Of a stretch of 64,000 nt of DNA, positions 38,315 through 51,130 are shown piece by piece (positions within the stretch are counted from its first letter, which is position 1; every line of letters begins with the position of its first letter). The stretch covers positions 11,596,001 through 11,660,000 of the forward strand of contig CM075994.1 in assembly GCA_038087875.1 (NCBI GenBank), read 5' to 3'. Source of the stretch: Malacoraja senta (lineage: Eukaryota). The notes under the pieces were generated by a model. That model had not been told where the DNA came from. It worked only from the letters and a program-made list of their open reading frames with translations, and did no database searches. Position numbers and translations under genes: made by a program.

Positions 38315-39984
38315 TAGAAATATAGAAACATAGAAAATAGGTGCAGGAGTAGGCCATTCGGCCCTTCGAGCCTGCACCGCCATTCAATATGATCATGGCT
38401 GATCATCCAACTCAGTATCCTGTACCTGCCTTCTCTCCATACCCCCTGATCCCTTTAGCCACAAGGGCCACATCTAACTCCCTCTTAAATATAGCCAATG
38501 AACTGGTCTCAACAACCTTCTGTGGCAGAGAGTTCCAGAGATTCACCACTCTCTGTGTGAAAAATGTTTTTCTCATCTCGGTCCTAAAGAATTTCCCCTT
38601 TATCCTTAAACTGTGACCCCTTGTCCTTGACTTCCCCAACATTGGGAACAATCTTCCTGCATCTAGCCTGTCCAACCCCTTAAGAATTTTGTAAGTTTCT
38701 ATAAGACCCCCCCACAATCTTCTAAATTCTAGCGTGTACAAGCCGAGTCTATCCAGTCTTTCTTCATATGAAAGTCCTGACATCCCAGGAATCAGTCCGG
38801 TGAACCTTCTCTGTACTCCCTCTACGGCAAGAATGTCTTTCCTCAGATTTGGAGACCAAAACTGTGCGCAATGCTCCAGGTGTGGTCTCACCATGACCCC
38901 GTACAACTGCAGTAAAACCTCCCTGCTCCTATACTCAAATCCTTTTGCTATGAATGCTAACATACCATTCGATTTCTTCACTGCCTGCTGCACCTGCATG
39001 CCAACTTTCAATGACTGGTGTACCATGACACCCATGTCTCGTTGCATCTCCCCTTTTCCTAATCGGCCACCATTTAGATAAGTCTACTTTCTTGTTTTTG
39101 CCCCCAAAGTGGATAACCTCACATCTGCCATGGATTTTGCCCACTCACCCAGCCTATCCAAGTCACCTTGCAGCCTCCTAGCATCCTCCTCACAGCTAAC
39201 ACTGCCCCCCAGCTTCGTGTCATCCGCAAACTTGGAGATGTTGCATTCAATTCCCTCGTGCAAATCATTAATATATATTGTAAATAGCTGGGGTCCCAGC
39301 ACTGAGCCTTGCGGTACCCCACTAGTCACTGCCTGCCATTCTGAAAAGGACCCGTTTACTCCTACTTTTTGCTTCCTGTTTGCCAGCCAGTTCTCTATCC
39401 ACATCAATACTGAACCCCCAATACAGTGTGCTTTAAGTTTGTATACTAATCTCTTATGTGGGACCTTGTCGAAAGCCTTCTGAAAGTCCAGATATAACAC
39501 ATCCACTGGTTCTCCCTTATCCACTCTACTAGTTACATCCTCGAAAAATTCTATAAGATTCGTCAGACATGATTTACCTTTCGTAAATCCATGCTGACTT
39601 TGTCCAATGATTTCACCACTTTCCAAATGTGCTGCTATTCCATCTTTAGTAACTGACTCTAGCAGTTTCCCCACTACCGATGTTAGACTAACTGGTCTGT
39701 AATTCCCCGTTTTCTCTCTCTCTCCCTTTTTAAAAAGTGGGGTTACATTAGCTACCTTCCAATCCTCAGGAACTACTCCAGAATCTAAAGAGTTTTGAAA
39801 CATTATCACTAATGCATCCACTATTTCTGGGACTACTTCCTTAAGTACTCTGGGATGCAGCCTGTCTGGCCCTGGGGATTTATCGGCCTTTAATCCATTC
39901 AATTTACCTGACACCACTTCCCGGCTAACCTGGATTTCACTCAGTTCCTCCATCTCATTTGACCAGCGGTCCCCTGCTAATTCC
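38315..39984 (-). mobile_element. 5'-truncated CR1 LINE (RT) in TRIM copy 2 intron 3
   Basis: [21 protein letters not shown] and FADDTKL motifs, with a (TAGAAACA)n tail on +. Confidence 0.93.
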
Positions 39985-41200
39985 TAGATGGGAGGGATGA
40001 TGAGTGGAGCAGAAAACTTGACTGGATAGGATGGGCCGAATGGCCTGTCTATGATGTAGAATGGGATGTCATTCTATGGTGAAACAAGGTGGACAAAACA
40101 AACAGAGCAAATTCCCCCAAGGTGACCATCCACGGCTGATGGGAACCGGATATAGATGATCAATCTGATATGCGCGCCATGTTCTAGATTTCAATGTTAA
40201 TCCCCACAATGTGGTCATGGCTTATCTAGCCCAGGACTGAACTCCTCCTCTTTGCCCCATTCCCTTTGAATATAATTCCTCGAATTTTCAAAAATGTATC
40301 TTCCTCTGGTTTAAATACGTCTAACATGTTAGACCTTACAGAATCTCATGGTTGGAGACCCCCAGATATTCACTGCCATCTGTCCATTCGTGGTCCTTGG
40401 GATCAGATATAGAGTCACCCGTCGTTGTTCTAAACGCTACAGAATACAAACTCCTCCCTCCAATCCGGCCAGGCAGTCTTGAGATCCCATAGATTATACG
40501 AGAGATCAATTAGTTTGGGAACAACAACAGCTGGAACAGTTGAAACATTTACCCAGTTCAGAATTACTGTTAAATGCAGCATTAATTTCTGCAATGTCAC
40601 TCACTATTTAGTGACTGTGCACTTTCACTTCACCATACTGTGTGACCCCTCACCTTCAGAAACACCACACTGTCTTTTTGATCCATCTGTTGCTGCAACT
40701 TTAAGAGTTCCTCCTGAATAGATTTTAAATTCTCTTGAATCTCTCCAAGATTTTTCTCCATTGTATTTAGAATCTGCTTCTCTTCCTCTCGGATATCTGC
40801 CAGTGCGCGCTGCTCTTTCTCAATGAGAATCTGGTGCAGTTCAGCAAATTGGGATGTGATCTTGGACTGAAGGTTGTGTGACTGTTCCTGTGAAATGAAA
40901 GGTGAAGATCAATATATAATGTCTCTGATTGTATTTCCTCACGACTTTGACCGTGGCATTTGGCCTGTGCATTTTTTATTTGCTTTGGCAATTCAATTCT
41001 TGTCTAAATGCTTCTGAAATATCGTGACGGTAATCTTAGAACCCATCAATCCTCTACACCCAATACTATTCCCTGCTGCCAATTCCTTTTCACGTGCCCA
41101 TTAATTCCCATTTATCCACCCATCACCCTCTTTCCCAGGGATAATTTACAGTCACCGACTGACCATGAACCAGCGTGTATTAGGGACGCGGAAGGAATTC

Positions 41201-43707
41201 ATAGAAACGTAGAAACATAGAAAATAGGTGCAGGAGTAGGCAATTCGGCCCTACGAGTCTGCACCGCCATTCAATATGATCATGGCTGATCATCCAACAG
41301 TATCCTGTACCTGCCTTCTCTCCATACCCCCTGATCCCTCTAGCCACAAGGGCCACATCTAACTCACTCTTAAATATAGCCAATGAACTGGCCTCAATTA
41401 CTTTCTGCGGCAGAGAATTCCACAGATTCTGTGTGAAGAAATAATATAATCTCGGTCCTAAAGGACTTCCCCTTATCCTTAAACTGTGATCCCTTGTCCT
41501 GGACTTCCCCAACATCAAGAAACAATCGCCTTGCATCTAGCCTGTCCGACCCCTTAAGAATTTTGTACATTTCTATAAGATCCCCTTTCAATCTTCTAAA
41601 TTGTAGCGAGTACAAGCCGAGTCTATCCAGTCTTTCTTGATGTGAAAGTCCTGACATCCCAGGAATCAGATTGGTGAATCTCCTCTGTACTCCCTCTATG
41701 GCAAGAATGTATTTCCTCAGATTAGGAGACCAAAACTGCACGCAATACTCCAGCTGTGGTCTCACCAAGGCCCTGTACAACTGCAGTAGAACCTCCCTGA
41801 TCCTATACTCAAATCCGTTTGCTATGAGTGCTAACATACCATTCGCTTTCTTCACTGCCTGCTGCATCTGCATGCCTACTTTCAATGACTGGTGTACCAT
41901 GACACCCAGGTCTCGTTGCATCTCCCCTTTTCCTAATCGGCCTTCATTCTGATAATAGACTGCTTTCCTGTTCTTGGCACCAAAGTGGATAACCTCACAT
42001 TTATCCACATTATACTGCATCTGCCATGCATTTTCCAACTCACTCAACCTATCCAAGTCACCTTGCAGCCTCCTAGCATCCTCCTCACAGCTAACACTGC
42101 CCGCCAGCTTCGTGTCATCCGCAAACTTGGAAATGTTGCATTCAATTCCCTCGTCCAAATCATTAATATATATTGTAAATCGCTTGGGTCCCAGCACTGA
42201 GCCTTGCGGTACCCCACTAGTCACTGCCTGCCATTCTGAAAAGGACCCGTTTACTCCTACACTTTGCTTCCTGTCTGCCAGCTAGTTCTCTGTCCACATC
42301 AATACTGAACCCCCAATACCGTGTGCTTTAAGTTTGCATACTTATCTGTGATGTGGGACCTTGTGGAAAGCCTTCTGAAAGTCCAGATATAAGACATCCA
42401 CTGGTTCTCCCTTATCCACTCTACTAGTTACATCCTCGAAAAATTCTATAAGATTCGTCAGACATGATTTACCTTTCAATAATCCATGCTGACTTTGTCC
42501 AATGATTTCACCACTTTCCAAATGTGCTGCTATCCCATCTTTAACAACTGACTCTAGCATTTCCCCCACTACCGATGTTAGACTAACTGGTCTGTAATTC
42601 CCCGTTGTCTCTCTCCCTCCTTTTTTTTTATAAAGTGGGGTTCCATTAGCTACCCTCCAATCCTCAGGAACTACTCCAGAATCTAAAGGGTTTTGAAAAA
42701 TTATCACTAATGCATCCACTATTTCTGGGGCTACTTCCTTAAGCACTACTGGATGCAGCCTATCTGGCCCTGGGGATTTATCGGCCTTTAATACATTCAA
42801 TTGACATAACAGCACTTCCCGACTAACCTGGATTTCACTCAGTTCCTCCATCTCATTTGACCCCCGGTCCCCTGCTATTTCCGGCAGATTATTTATGTCT
42901 TCCTTAGTGAAGACAGAACCAAATTAGTTATTCAATTGGTCTGCCATGTCCTTGTTCCCCATGATCAATTCACCTGTTTCGGACTGCAAGGGACCTACAT
43001 TTGTCTGAACTAATCTTTTTCTCTTCACATATCTATAAAAGCTTTTGCACTCAGTTTTTATGTTCCCTGCCAGTTTTCTTTCACAATCTGTTTTCCCTTT
43101 CCTAATTAAGCCCTTTGTCCTCCTCTGCTGGACTCTGAATTTCTACCAGTCCTCTGGTAGGCTGCTTTTTCTGGCTAATTTGTATGCTTCATCTTTTGTT
43201 TTGATACTATCCCTGATTTCCCTTGTTATCCACGGATGCACTACCTTCCCTGATTTATTAGTTTGCCAAACTGGGATGAACAATTGTTGTAGTTCATCCA
43301 TGCGGTCTTTAAATGCCTTCCATTGCATATCCACCGTCAATCCTTTACGAATCAATTGCCAGTCTATCTTGGCCAATTCACATCTCATACCCTCAAAGTT
43401 ACCTTTCTTTAAGTTCAGAACCCTTGTTGCTGAATTAACTATGTCACTCTCCATCCCAATGAAGAACTGAACTATATTATGGTCACTCTTGCCCAAGGGG
43501 CCACGCACAACAAGACTGCTAACTAACCCTTCCTCATTACTCAATACCCAGTCTTGAATAGCCTGCTCTCTCGTTGGTTCCTCAACATGTTGATTTAGAA
43601 AACTATCCCGCATACATTCCAAGAAATCCTCTTCCTAAGCACCCCTGCCAATTTGATTCACCCAATCTATATGTAGATTGAAGTCACCCATTATAACTGT
43701 TTTACCT
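41201..43707 (-). mobile_element. 5'-truncated CR1 LINE (endonuclease C-terminus plus RT) in TRIM copy 2 intron 2
   Basis: LGKSDHN endonuclease motif and RT motifs. It splits a SINE that is contiguous in copy 1 (about 25350-25380). Confidence 0.93.
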
Positions 43708-44245
43708 CGACGCGGTCACAGGGAGAAGGCGTGAACCACACGGGCAGCACCCGAGGTCAGGATCGAACACGGTCACCAGAACTAGGCGACAGCAGCACTA
43801 TTTGTGTCACTGCGCTGCCCTATTATTACACTCAACACAGGGATCAAATCTACACAAGATCAGGTAATCGAAACTGGAAAGCCTCACCAGAACTCCAGAA
43901 ATCTTCTGTTGCTGTTGCTGCTACATTTGCTGTGTCTCTGATTCCTTTTTTGTGAGAGACTGGACGGGTGATTTCATTTGATCCTGGGATTGGGATTGAA
44001 AATCATAGAATAAAAAGTGTTAGACAATAAAGATGAAATTAAACAATAATAGACACAAAATTCTGGAGTAACTCTGCGGGACAGGCAGCACCTCTGGAGA
44101 GAAGGAATGGGTGAAGTTTCGGGACGAGACCCTTCTTAAGAATGAAATTCCTTCTCCCCAGAGATGCCTGTCAGTCCCGCTGTGAATAAAAGTGTTAGAC
44201 GATAGAGATTAAACAATGATGCGATCAAAATCGGTTTGCTTTTAC

Positions 44246-44656
44246 CTTGTAGGTTTCAACAGCTTCTTTAACCGGCATGAAGCTGTGAGACTTGTGTTCC
44301 CGCCCAGCTGCACAAACCGCACAGATCAGCTTCTTGTCAGTTTCACAAAACAGCTTCAGTTCTTCCTGATGTTCCTCGCACTGAAGTTTAATTTCCTTCT
44401 CTGTGCGATTCAGGCTCAGTGTTCGAAATTTCTCAGACAGTCTCGCCAGGGCCCGACTAACCCTGAGGCTGCGGTCTGCAAACTCCACTCTACATTCCGG
44501 GCAGGTGTTTCTCCCCTCCTTGTCCCAACTCTGTGAGATACAGGAGCGGCAGAAGTTGTGCCCACACTCCAGTGACACCGGATCGGTGAAGAAATCCAGG
44601 CAGATGGGACATGTTGCCTCCTCAGTTAAACACTCGACCTGGTCTTTCGAAGCCAT
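44246..44656 (-). CDS. RING plus B-box exon, TRIM copy 2
   Basis: CPIC...CGHNFCRSC...CPEC (C3HC4) and CEEH...FCETD...CAVC...H..H. Confidence 0.92.
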
Positions 44657-44874
44657 TTCCTGGTTCAAACCTCCGCCACTTCCTGGTTCAAAACGCATTC
44701 TCGCGGAGCCGCTGAACCCCTGCAGTATCACGAGTGTCTACTGCGCACGCTGCCGTCTCGGGGAATGAATGTTATTTGGCTGCAAGTTCTCAGTGTGAAG
44801 GTGCCCTGGCCGCTTCCAACTAATTTCACACGAGGGAGGGGTCAGTTTGATATTAAACAGACCTGAATACGGCT

Positions 44875-45824
44875 TAGAAACATAGAAACATAGAAAATAG
44901 GTGCAGGAGTAGGCCATTCAGCCCTTCGAGTCTGCGCCGTCATGGCTGATCATCCAACTCAGTATCCCGTACCTGCCTTCTCTCCATACCCCCTGATCCC
45001 TTTAGCCACAAGGGCCACATCTAACTCCCTCTTAAATATAGCCAATGAACTGGCCTCAACTACTTTCTGTGGCAGAGAATTCCACAGATTCACCACTCTG
45101 TGTGAATTTTTTTCTCATCTCGGTCCTAAAAGACTTCCCCCTTATCCTTAAACTGTGACCCCTTGTTCTGGACTTCCCCGACATCGGGAACAATCATCCT
45201 GCATCTAGCCTGTCCAACCCATTAAGAATTTTGAAAGTTTCTATAAGATTCCCCCCTCAATCTTCTAAATTCTAGCGAGTACAAGCCGAGTCTGTCCAGT
45301 CTTCTTCATATGAATGTCCTGCCATCTCAGGAATCAGCCTTGTGAACCTTTCTGTACTCGATCTACGGCAAGACCGTCTTTCCTCGGATTAGCCTCGGAT
45401 ATACTCAAATCCTTTTGCTATGAATGCTAACATACCATTCGATTTCTTCACTGCCTGCTGCACCTGCATGCCTACTTTCAATGACTGGTGTACCATGACA
45501 CCCAGGCCTCGTTGCATCTCCCCTTTTCCTAATCGGCCACCATTCAGATAATAGTCTACTTTCCTGTTCTTGCCACCAAAGTGGATAACCTCACATTTAT
45601 CCACATTATACTGCATCTGCCATGCATTTGCCCACTCATCCATCCTATCCAAGTCACCTTGCAGCCTCCAAGCATCCTCCTCGTAGCTAACACTGCCCCC
45701 CCCCCCAGCTTCGTGTCATCCGCAAACTTGGAGATGTTGCATTCAATTCCCTCGTCCAAATCATTAATATATTGTAAATAGCTGGGGTCCCTAGCACCGA
45801 GCCTTGCGTACCCCACTCGTCACT
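44875..45824 (-). mobile_element. Truncated CR1 LINE about 220 bp upstream of the TRIM copy 2 ATG
   Basis: FADDTKL motif and tail. The empty site is visible in copy 1 near 26335. Confidence 0.9.
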
Positions 45825-46684
45825 TGCGGCAGACGAAGGCAGAACAGATAGCTGGAAAGAGAGCAGGAAAGATTTACGAGGATGTTGCCAGGACTCGAGG
45901 TCTCGAGCGAAAGGGAGAAGTTGGGCAGGGTAGGACTTTATTCCATGGAGCGCAGGAGGCTACGGGGTAATCTGATAGAGGTATATACGATCATGAGGGA
46001 ATTAGATGGGGTGAATACACAGTGTCTTTTTACCCAGACATTTTAGGGGAATCAAGACCCACAGGACTTGTGTTTACGTTGAGAGAGCAAAGATTTACTA
46101 GATATCCGAGGGGTAACTTTTCACATCGAAGGTGGTGAATATATGAAACGTACTATTAGAGGAGGTAGATGAGGTCGGAACTATAACTGCGTTTGAACAG
46201 GTTCGTGAATGGGAAAGGATAGAGGGACATGGGCCAAACGCGGACTGGTGGGATTTGTGCTGAAGGGCATCTTGGTGGGCATGGGCAAGTTGGGCCGAAA
46301 GGCCTGTTTCCGTGCAGTGCGACTCTATGACTGTGAGGAAGGGAGAGGGGCCGGCGCTAACGAGGACTCAGGTGTAACTGAACCCGCCGCCCGCACCTCC
46401 ATTCACAGCTCGGGATCAGGATGGACCCAGACCTCCCTCCGATTTCATTCTAATCCCCGTCACTGCACCTGCATCTCATACACCAGTCTTCAGCTCACAC
46501 CTACCCTCGCCGACAACGGGTCTACCTAGGCACCATTTGCCATTTGTCATTTTCCCTTCTCCCCTCTCGCATCAGGCAAATAATGTAGAAGTGTGAAAAC
46601 GCACTCCCCCAGATTCAGAAGGCAGATAAATCTGCTGGAGAAACGCAGCGGGTGAGGCGGCATCAATGGAGCGAAGGAATAGGT

Positions 46685-46713
46685 GACGTTTCGGGTCGAG
46701 ACCCCTTCTTCAG
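46685..46713 (-). ncRNA. Minimal hammerhead ribozyme core in a Penelope terminal repeat
   Basis: Reverse complement is CUGAAGAAGGGGUCUCGACCCGAAACGUC. Confidence 0.55.
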
Positions 46714-46734
46714 ACAGTTTCTTCCCTACGGTTA

Positions 46735-47378
46735 TCCCCCTCAGCCACCCCTCCCCCCTCAACCTCCCCTCCCCCACAGCCACCCCTCCCCCCTCAACCA
46801 CACCTCCCCCCACAACCACCCCGCCCACCCCCCAACCACTTCTCCTCCAACGACCTGGCCTTTCCCTTTCGCACCGTCCCCCCTCTCCTCCTCCTCCCCG
46901 TCTCACCTCCCTCGCCCCTCCGTCCCCCCTATGGCCCCGTCCCGCCCCTCCCTCTAGCCCCGTCGCTCGTTATATCCCCCTGCCTCTCTCCACCTACGCC
47001 CGGACCCCCCCTCTCCTCCTCCTCTTCGTCCTCCCCCTCCCCCCTCCTCCCCCTCTTCCGCCTCCTACCCCTCCTCCTCCCCTCCTCCTCCCCCTCCTCC
47101 CCTCCCCTCCCGCTACTCCTTCCCCTCCTCCTCCTCCCCGTCCCCCTCTCCCTTCACCCTCCCTCCTCTCCTCTCCCCATTCCATCTGCTCTCCCCATCT
47201 CTCGCTCCCACTCCTCTCCCTCTCTCCCCTCCCCTTCCTTCCCTCTCCCTCCCACTCTCCCTCTCCCCTTCCCCTCTCTTCCCTCCCCCCGTTTCCCTTC
47301 TCTCCCCTTCCCCTCCCTCTCCCCCTCTCTCCTCAACCTATCACCACACCACCTCACCCCACCTCTCTCCCCTCTCTC
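46735..47378. repeat. Pyrimidine-rich low-complexity tract
   Basis: Read directly from the sequence. Confidence 0.9.
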
Positions 47379-47382
47379 ACTG

Positions 47383-48567
47383 AGAGTGTACCTGGACTTT
47401 CAGAAAGCATTTGATAAGGCCCCGCATAGGAGATTAGTGGGGAAAATTGGGGCACATGGTATTGGGCGTAGTGTGCTAACAGGGATAGAAAATTGGTTGG
47501 CAGACAGGAAACAAAGAGTAGGGATTAACGGGTCCCTTTCAGAATTGCGGGCAGTGTCTAGTAGGGTACCACAAGGCTCGGTGCTGGGACCGCAGATATT
47601 TACAATATACATTTATGATTTAGATGAAGGGATTAAACGTAATATGAGCAAATTGTCAGATGACACAAAGCTGGGTGAATTGTGAGCAGGATGCTATGAG
47701 AATGCAGGGTGACTTAGACAGGTTGGGTGAGTGGGCAGATGCATGGCAGATGAAGTTTAATGTGGATAAATATGAGGTTATCCACTTGGTAGCAAAAACA
47801 GGGAGGCAGATTATTATCTAAATGGTGTCAAGTTGGGAAAAGAGGAAGTACAGCGGGATCTGGGGGTCCTTGTTCATCAGTCAATGAAAGTAAGCATGCA
47901 GGTACAGCAGGCAATGAAGAAAGGGAATGGCATGTTGACCTTCATAACAAGACGAGTTGAGTAAAGGAACAGAGAGTTCCTTCTGCAGTTGTACAGGGCC
48001 TTAGTGAGACCACACCTGGAGTATTGTGTTTACTTTTGGTCGCCTAATTTGAGGAAGGATATTCTTGCCATTGAGGGAGTGCAGCGTATGTTTACAAGAT
48101 AATTCGCGGGGTAGCGGGACAGTCATATGCTGAGAGAGTGGAGCGGCTGGCTTGTATACTCTGGAATTTAGAAATATTAGAGGGAATCTTATTGAACATA
48201 TAGATTATTAAGGGTTTGGTCACGCTAGAGGCAGGAAACATGTTCCTGATGTTGGGGGAGTCCAAAATCAGGGGCCACAGTTTAAGAATAAGGGGTAAGC
48301 CAGTTAGAAACGGAGACGAGGAAACACTTTTTCACACAGAGAGTTGTGAGTCTGTGGAATTTCTTTGCCCCAGAGGGCGGTGGAGGCCGGTTCTCTGGAT
48401 CCTTTCAAGAGAGAGCTAGATAGGGCTCTTAAAGATAGCGGAGTCAGGGGATATGGGGAGAAGGCAGCAAAGGGGTACTGATTGGGGATGATCAGCCATG
48501 ATCACATTGAATGGCGGTGCTGGCTCGAAGGGCCGAATGGCCTAATCCTGCATATATTGTCTATTGT
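47383..48567 (+). mobile_element. CR1 LINE 3' part
   Basis: [10 protein letters not shown]...VPQGSVLGP...SDDTKL, with a (TATTGTC)n tail. Confidence 0.9.
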
Positions 48568-49054
48568 CTCCCATTCTCCCTCTTCTCCCTCTCCCTCTCT
48601 CCCTCTCCCGCTCTCTCCCTGTCCCCTCTGTCCCTGTCCCCTCTCTCCCACACCCCACTCTCCCCTCCCCCACGCTGCCAGGGGATTTCCACCGGTTTCA
48701 CCTTCGCTGCGAAGCTGCAGCGGGGCACGGCTGCCAGCCGTGACACTGGCCAATGGGAGCAGAGCGCAGCTGGGAGTCAGCAGTTGCTGGGTAGAGCGAG
48801 GCTGTACAGGTTGAGTTTCTGTCTCTGGATAACCCCGCCGCTGCTGCCGCTGCTGCTGCCGCCTAAAGCAGCGCGCAGCCCTTCTATTCAGTCAGCAGTG
48901 GACTGAATGCAGAAGATGGACACCATGTTCTGGAGTAAATCAGCGGACAGGCAGCATCTCTGGAGAAAAGGAATGGGTCCATTCCCGTGAGATGCTGCCT
49001 GTCCGTTGAGTTACTCCAGCAATTTGTGTCTAACTTCGGTTTAAACCACCATTT

Positions 49055-50082
49055 TAGACAATAGACAATAGCTGCAAGAGTAGGCCATTCGGCCCTACGA
49101 GCCTGCACCGTCATTCACTGTGATCATGGCTGATCATACACAATCAGTACCCCGTTTCTGCCCTCTCCCCATATCCTCTGACTCTTCACATCCTTCTGAG
49201 GCAGAGAATTACACAGATTCACAACTGGGTGAAAAAGTTGTTCCTCATCTCCGTTCTAATGGCCTACTCCTTATTCTTGAACTCTGGCCCTTGGTTCTGG
49301 ACTCCTCCATCATCGGGAACTTGTTTCCTGCCACCAGCGTGTCCAATCCCTAACAATCTTATATGTTTCAATAAGATTCCCTCTCATCCTTCTAAACTCC
49401 AGTGTATACAAGCCCACTCGCCCCATTCCTTCAACATATGACAGCCCCGCCATCCCAGGAGTAAATGGCATGAACCTGCGCTGCACTCCCTCGATAGCAC
49501 GATTGTCCTTCCTCAAATTAGGGGACCAAAACTGCACACAATATCCAGGTGTGGTCCCACTAGCGCCCTGTACAACTGCAGAAGGACCTCTTTGCTCCTA
49601 TACTCAACTCCTCTTGTTATGACGGTCAACATGCTGTTAGCTTTCTTCACTGCCTGCTATACCTCGTTGTACTTCCCCTTTTCCTAACTTGACACCATTC
49701 AGATAATAATCTGCCTTCCTGTTCTTGCCAACAAAGTGGATAACCTCACATTTATCCACATTAAACTGCTTATGCCATGCATCGTCCCACTCACCCAACC
49801 TGTCCAAAGGCGTTCTGAAAGTCCAGATACACTACATGCACTAGCTCTTCCTTGTCCATTTTCCTAGTTACATCCTCAGAAAATTCCAGAAGATTAGTCA
49901 AGCATGATTTCCCCCCTTCGTAAATCCATGGTGACTCGGACCGATCCTGTTACTGCTATCCAAGTGTGCCGCTATTTCATCTTTTAATGATTGACTCCAG
50001 CATCTTCCCCACCACCAATGTCAGGCTAACTGGTCTATAATTCACTGTTTTCTCTCTCCCGCCTTTATTAAAAAGTTGGATA
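49055..50082 (-). mobile_element. Internally deleted CR1 LINE
   Basis: NYRPVSLT and [10 protein letters not shown] fragments, with a (TAGACAA)n tail on +. Confidence 0.85.
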
Positions 50083-50698
50083 ACCGAGGACCAGCCCGGA
50101 AGACCCGGCTCGCCCGCCACGTATCGAGGACCCACGGGAACCCAGCTGGAGGGCCGGTGAGCAGACCGGCTGCGGGAGGGAGTGCACGGCCTGGATGGGG
50201 GAGTGGGCCGCTGGAGGCCCTGCAGCTGCCTGTGACTCGGCTGGACCTGGCGCCGCTCCAAGAGGCCGAGCATGTGGACCAGACGCGGTGGAGGAGCGGT
50301 GGAGGACACCACGGCTACGCTTGGCCAGGCCGGCCCTGCAACGCCGCCAGGACAACGGGCCTTCACGGTCAGATCAGGATCCCTGCACTTACAACAACTG
50401 GGACTTGAACATGGCGCCAAACTGACAACTTTGTATTGTGTCTCACTGTACTACTGCTGTACACCAACACTGTATCTACAATGCTTATCTAATATGTATC
50501 CAATTGCTTATGTATAGTGATACTTGTTCTGAGATGTATCCCAAAATGAATTTCCATGTACCTCGGTACAGGTGACAAATAAAGTACCAGACAATACCTG
50601 TTGTGCCCCTCCCCCTCTCTCTGCCACACTCCCTTTCCCTCACCCTCACCCTCTCTCTCTCTCTCTCTCTCCCTGTCTCTCTCTCTCTCTCTCTCTCT

Positions 50699-50793
<95 letters not shown>

Positions 50794-51057
50794 CCTCTCT
50801 GCCTTTTTCCTGTCAACCATCTCTTTTCTTACTGTTTCTATCTCTCACTCCCCATCTTTCTCTTTCTCACAGTCGCTCTGACTGCGGTTTTGTCCCGTTG
50901 GCTGTGTCTCTGTCCACCTCTCACTGTCCCACTGCCCCCTCTCTCTCTCTCTCTCCCACACTCACACACCCTGACAAACCTCTCTGACTGCTGCGCCTGT
51001 CCACGGCCCTGTCAGATCGTGTCTCTCTGCGTGATGGCTCCAGACAGACCCTGCGCT

Positions 51058-51130
51058 GGGAAACTCCCCGTGGCTGGGCGCGGATCTGAGTCACTCCGAC
51101 CCAAGCGAAGCCGCAGCAGGAAACTGAAAC
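51058..51130 (+). promoter_or_regulatory. Candidate immune-inducible enhancer/promoter: NF-kB, AP-1 and ISRE/IRF motifs
   Basis: GGGAAACTCC at 51058-51067, TGAGTCA at 51087-51093 and GGAAACTGAAAC at 51119-51130, in CpG-rich sequence with no other copy in this window. Confidence 0.55.

Larger units (their letters stand above)
36354..44656 (-). pseudogene. TRIM gene copy 2 with the same six-exon structure and a premature stop in exon 2
   Basis: Exons 44656-44246 (411 bp), 43983-43888 (96), 40887-40654 (234), 37769-37747 (23), 37649-37531 (119), 36886-36354, all GT/AG. RING and B-box are intact. In-frame TAG at 43921-43923. Confidence 0.9.
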
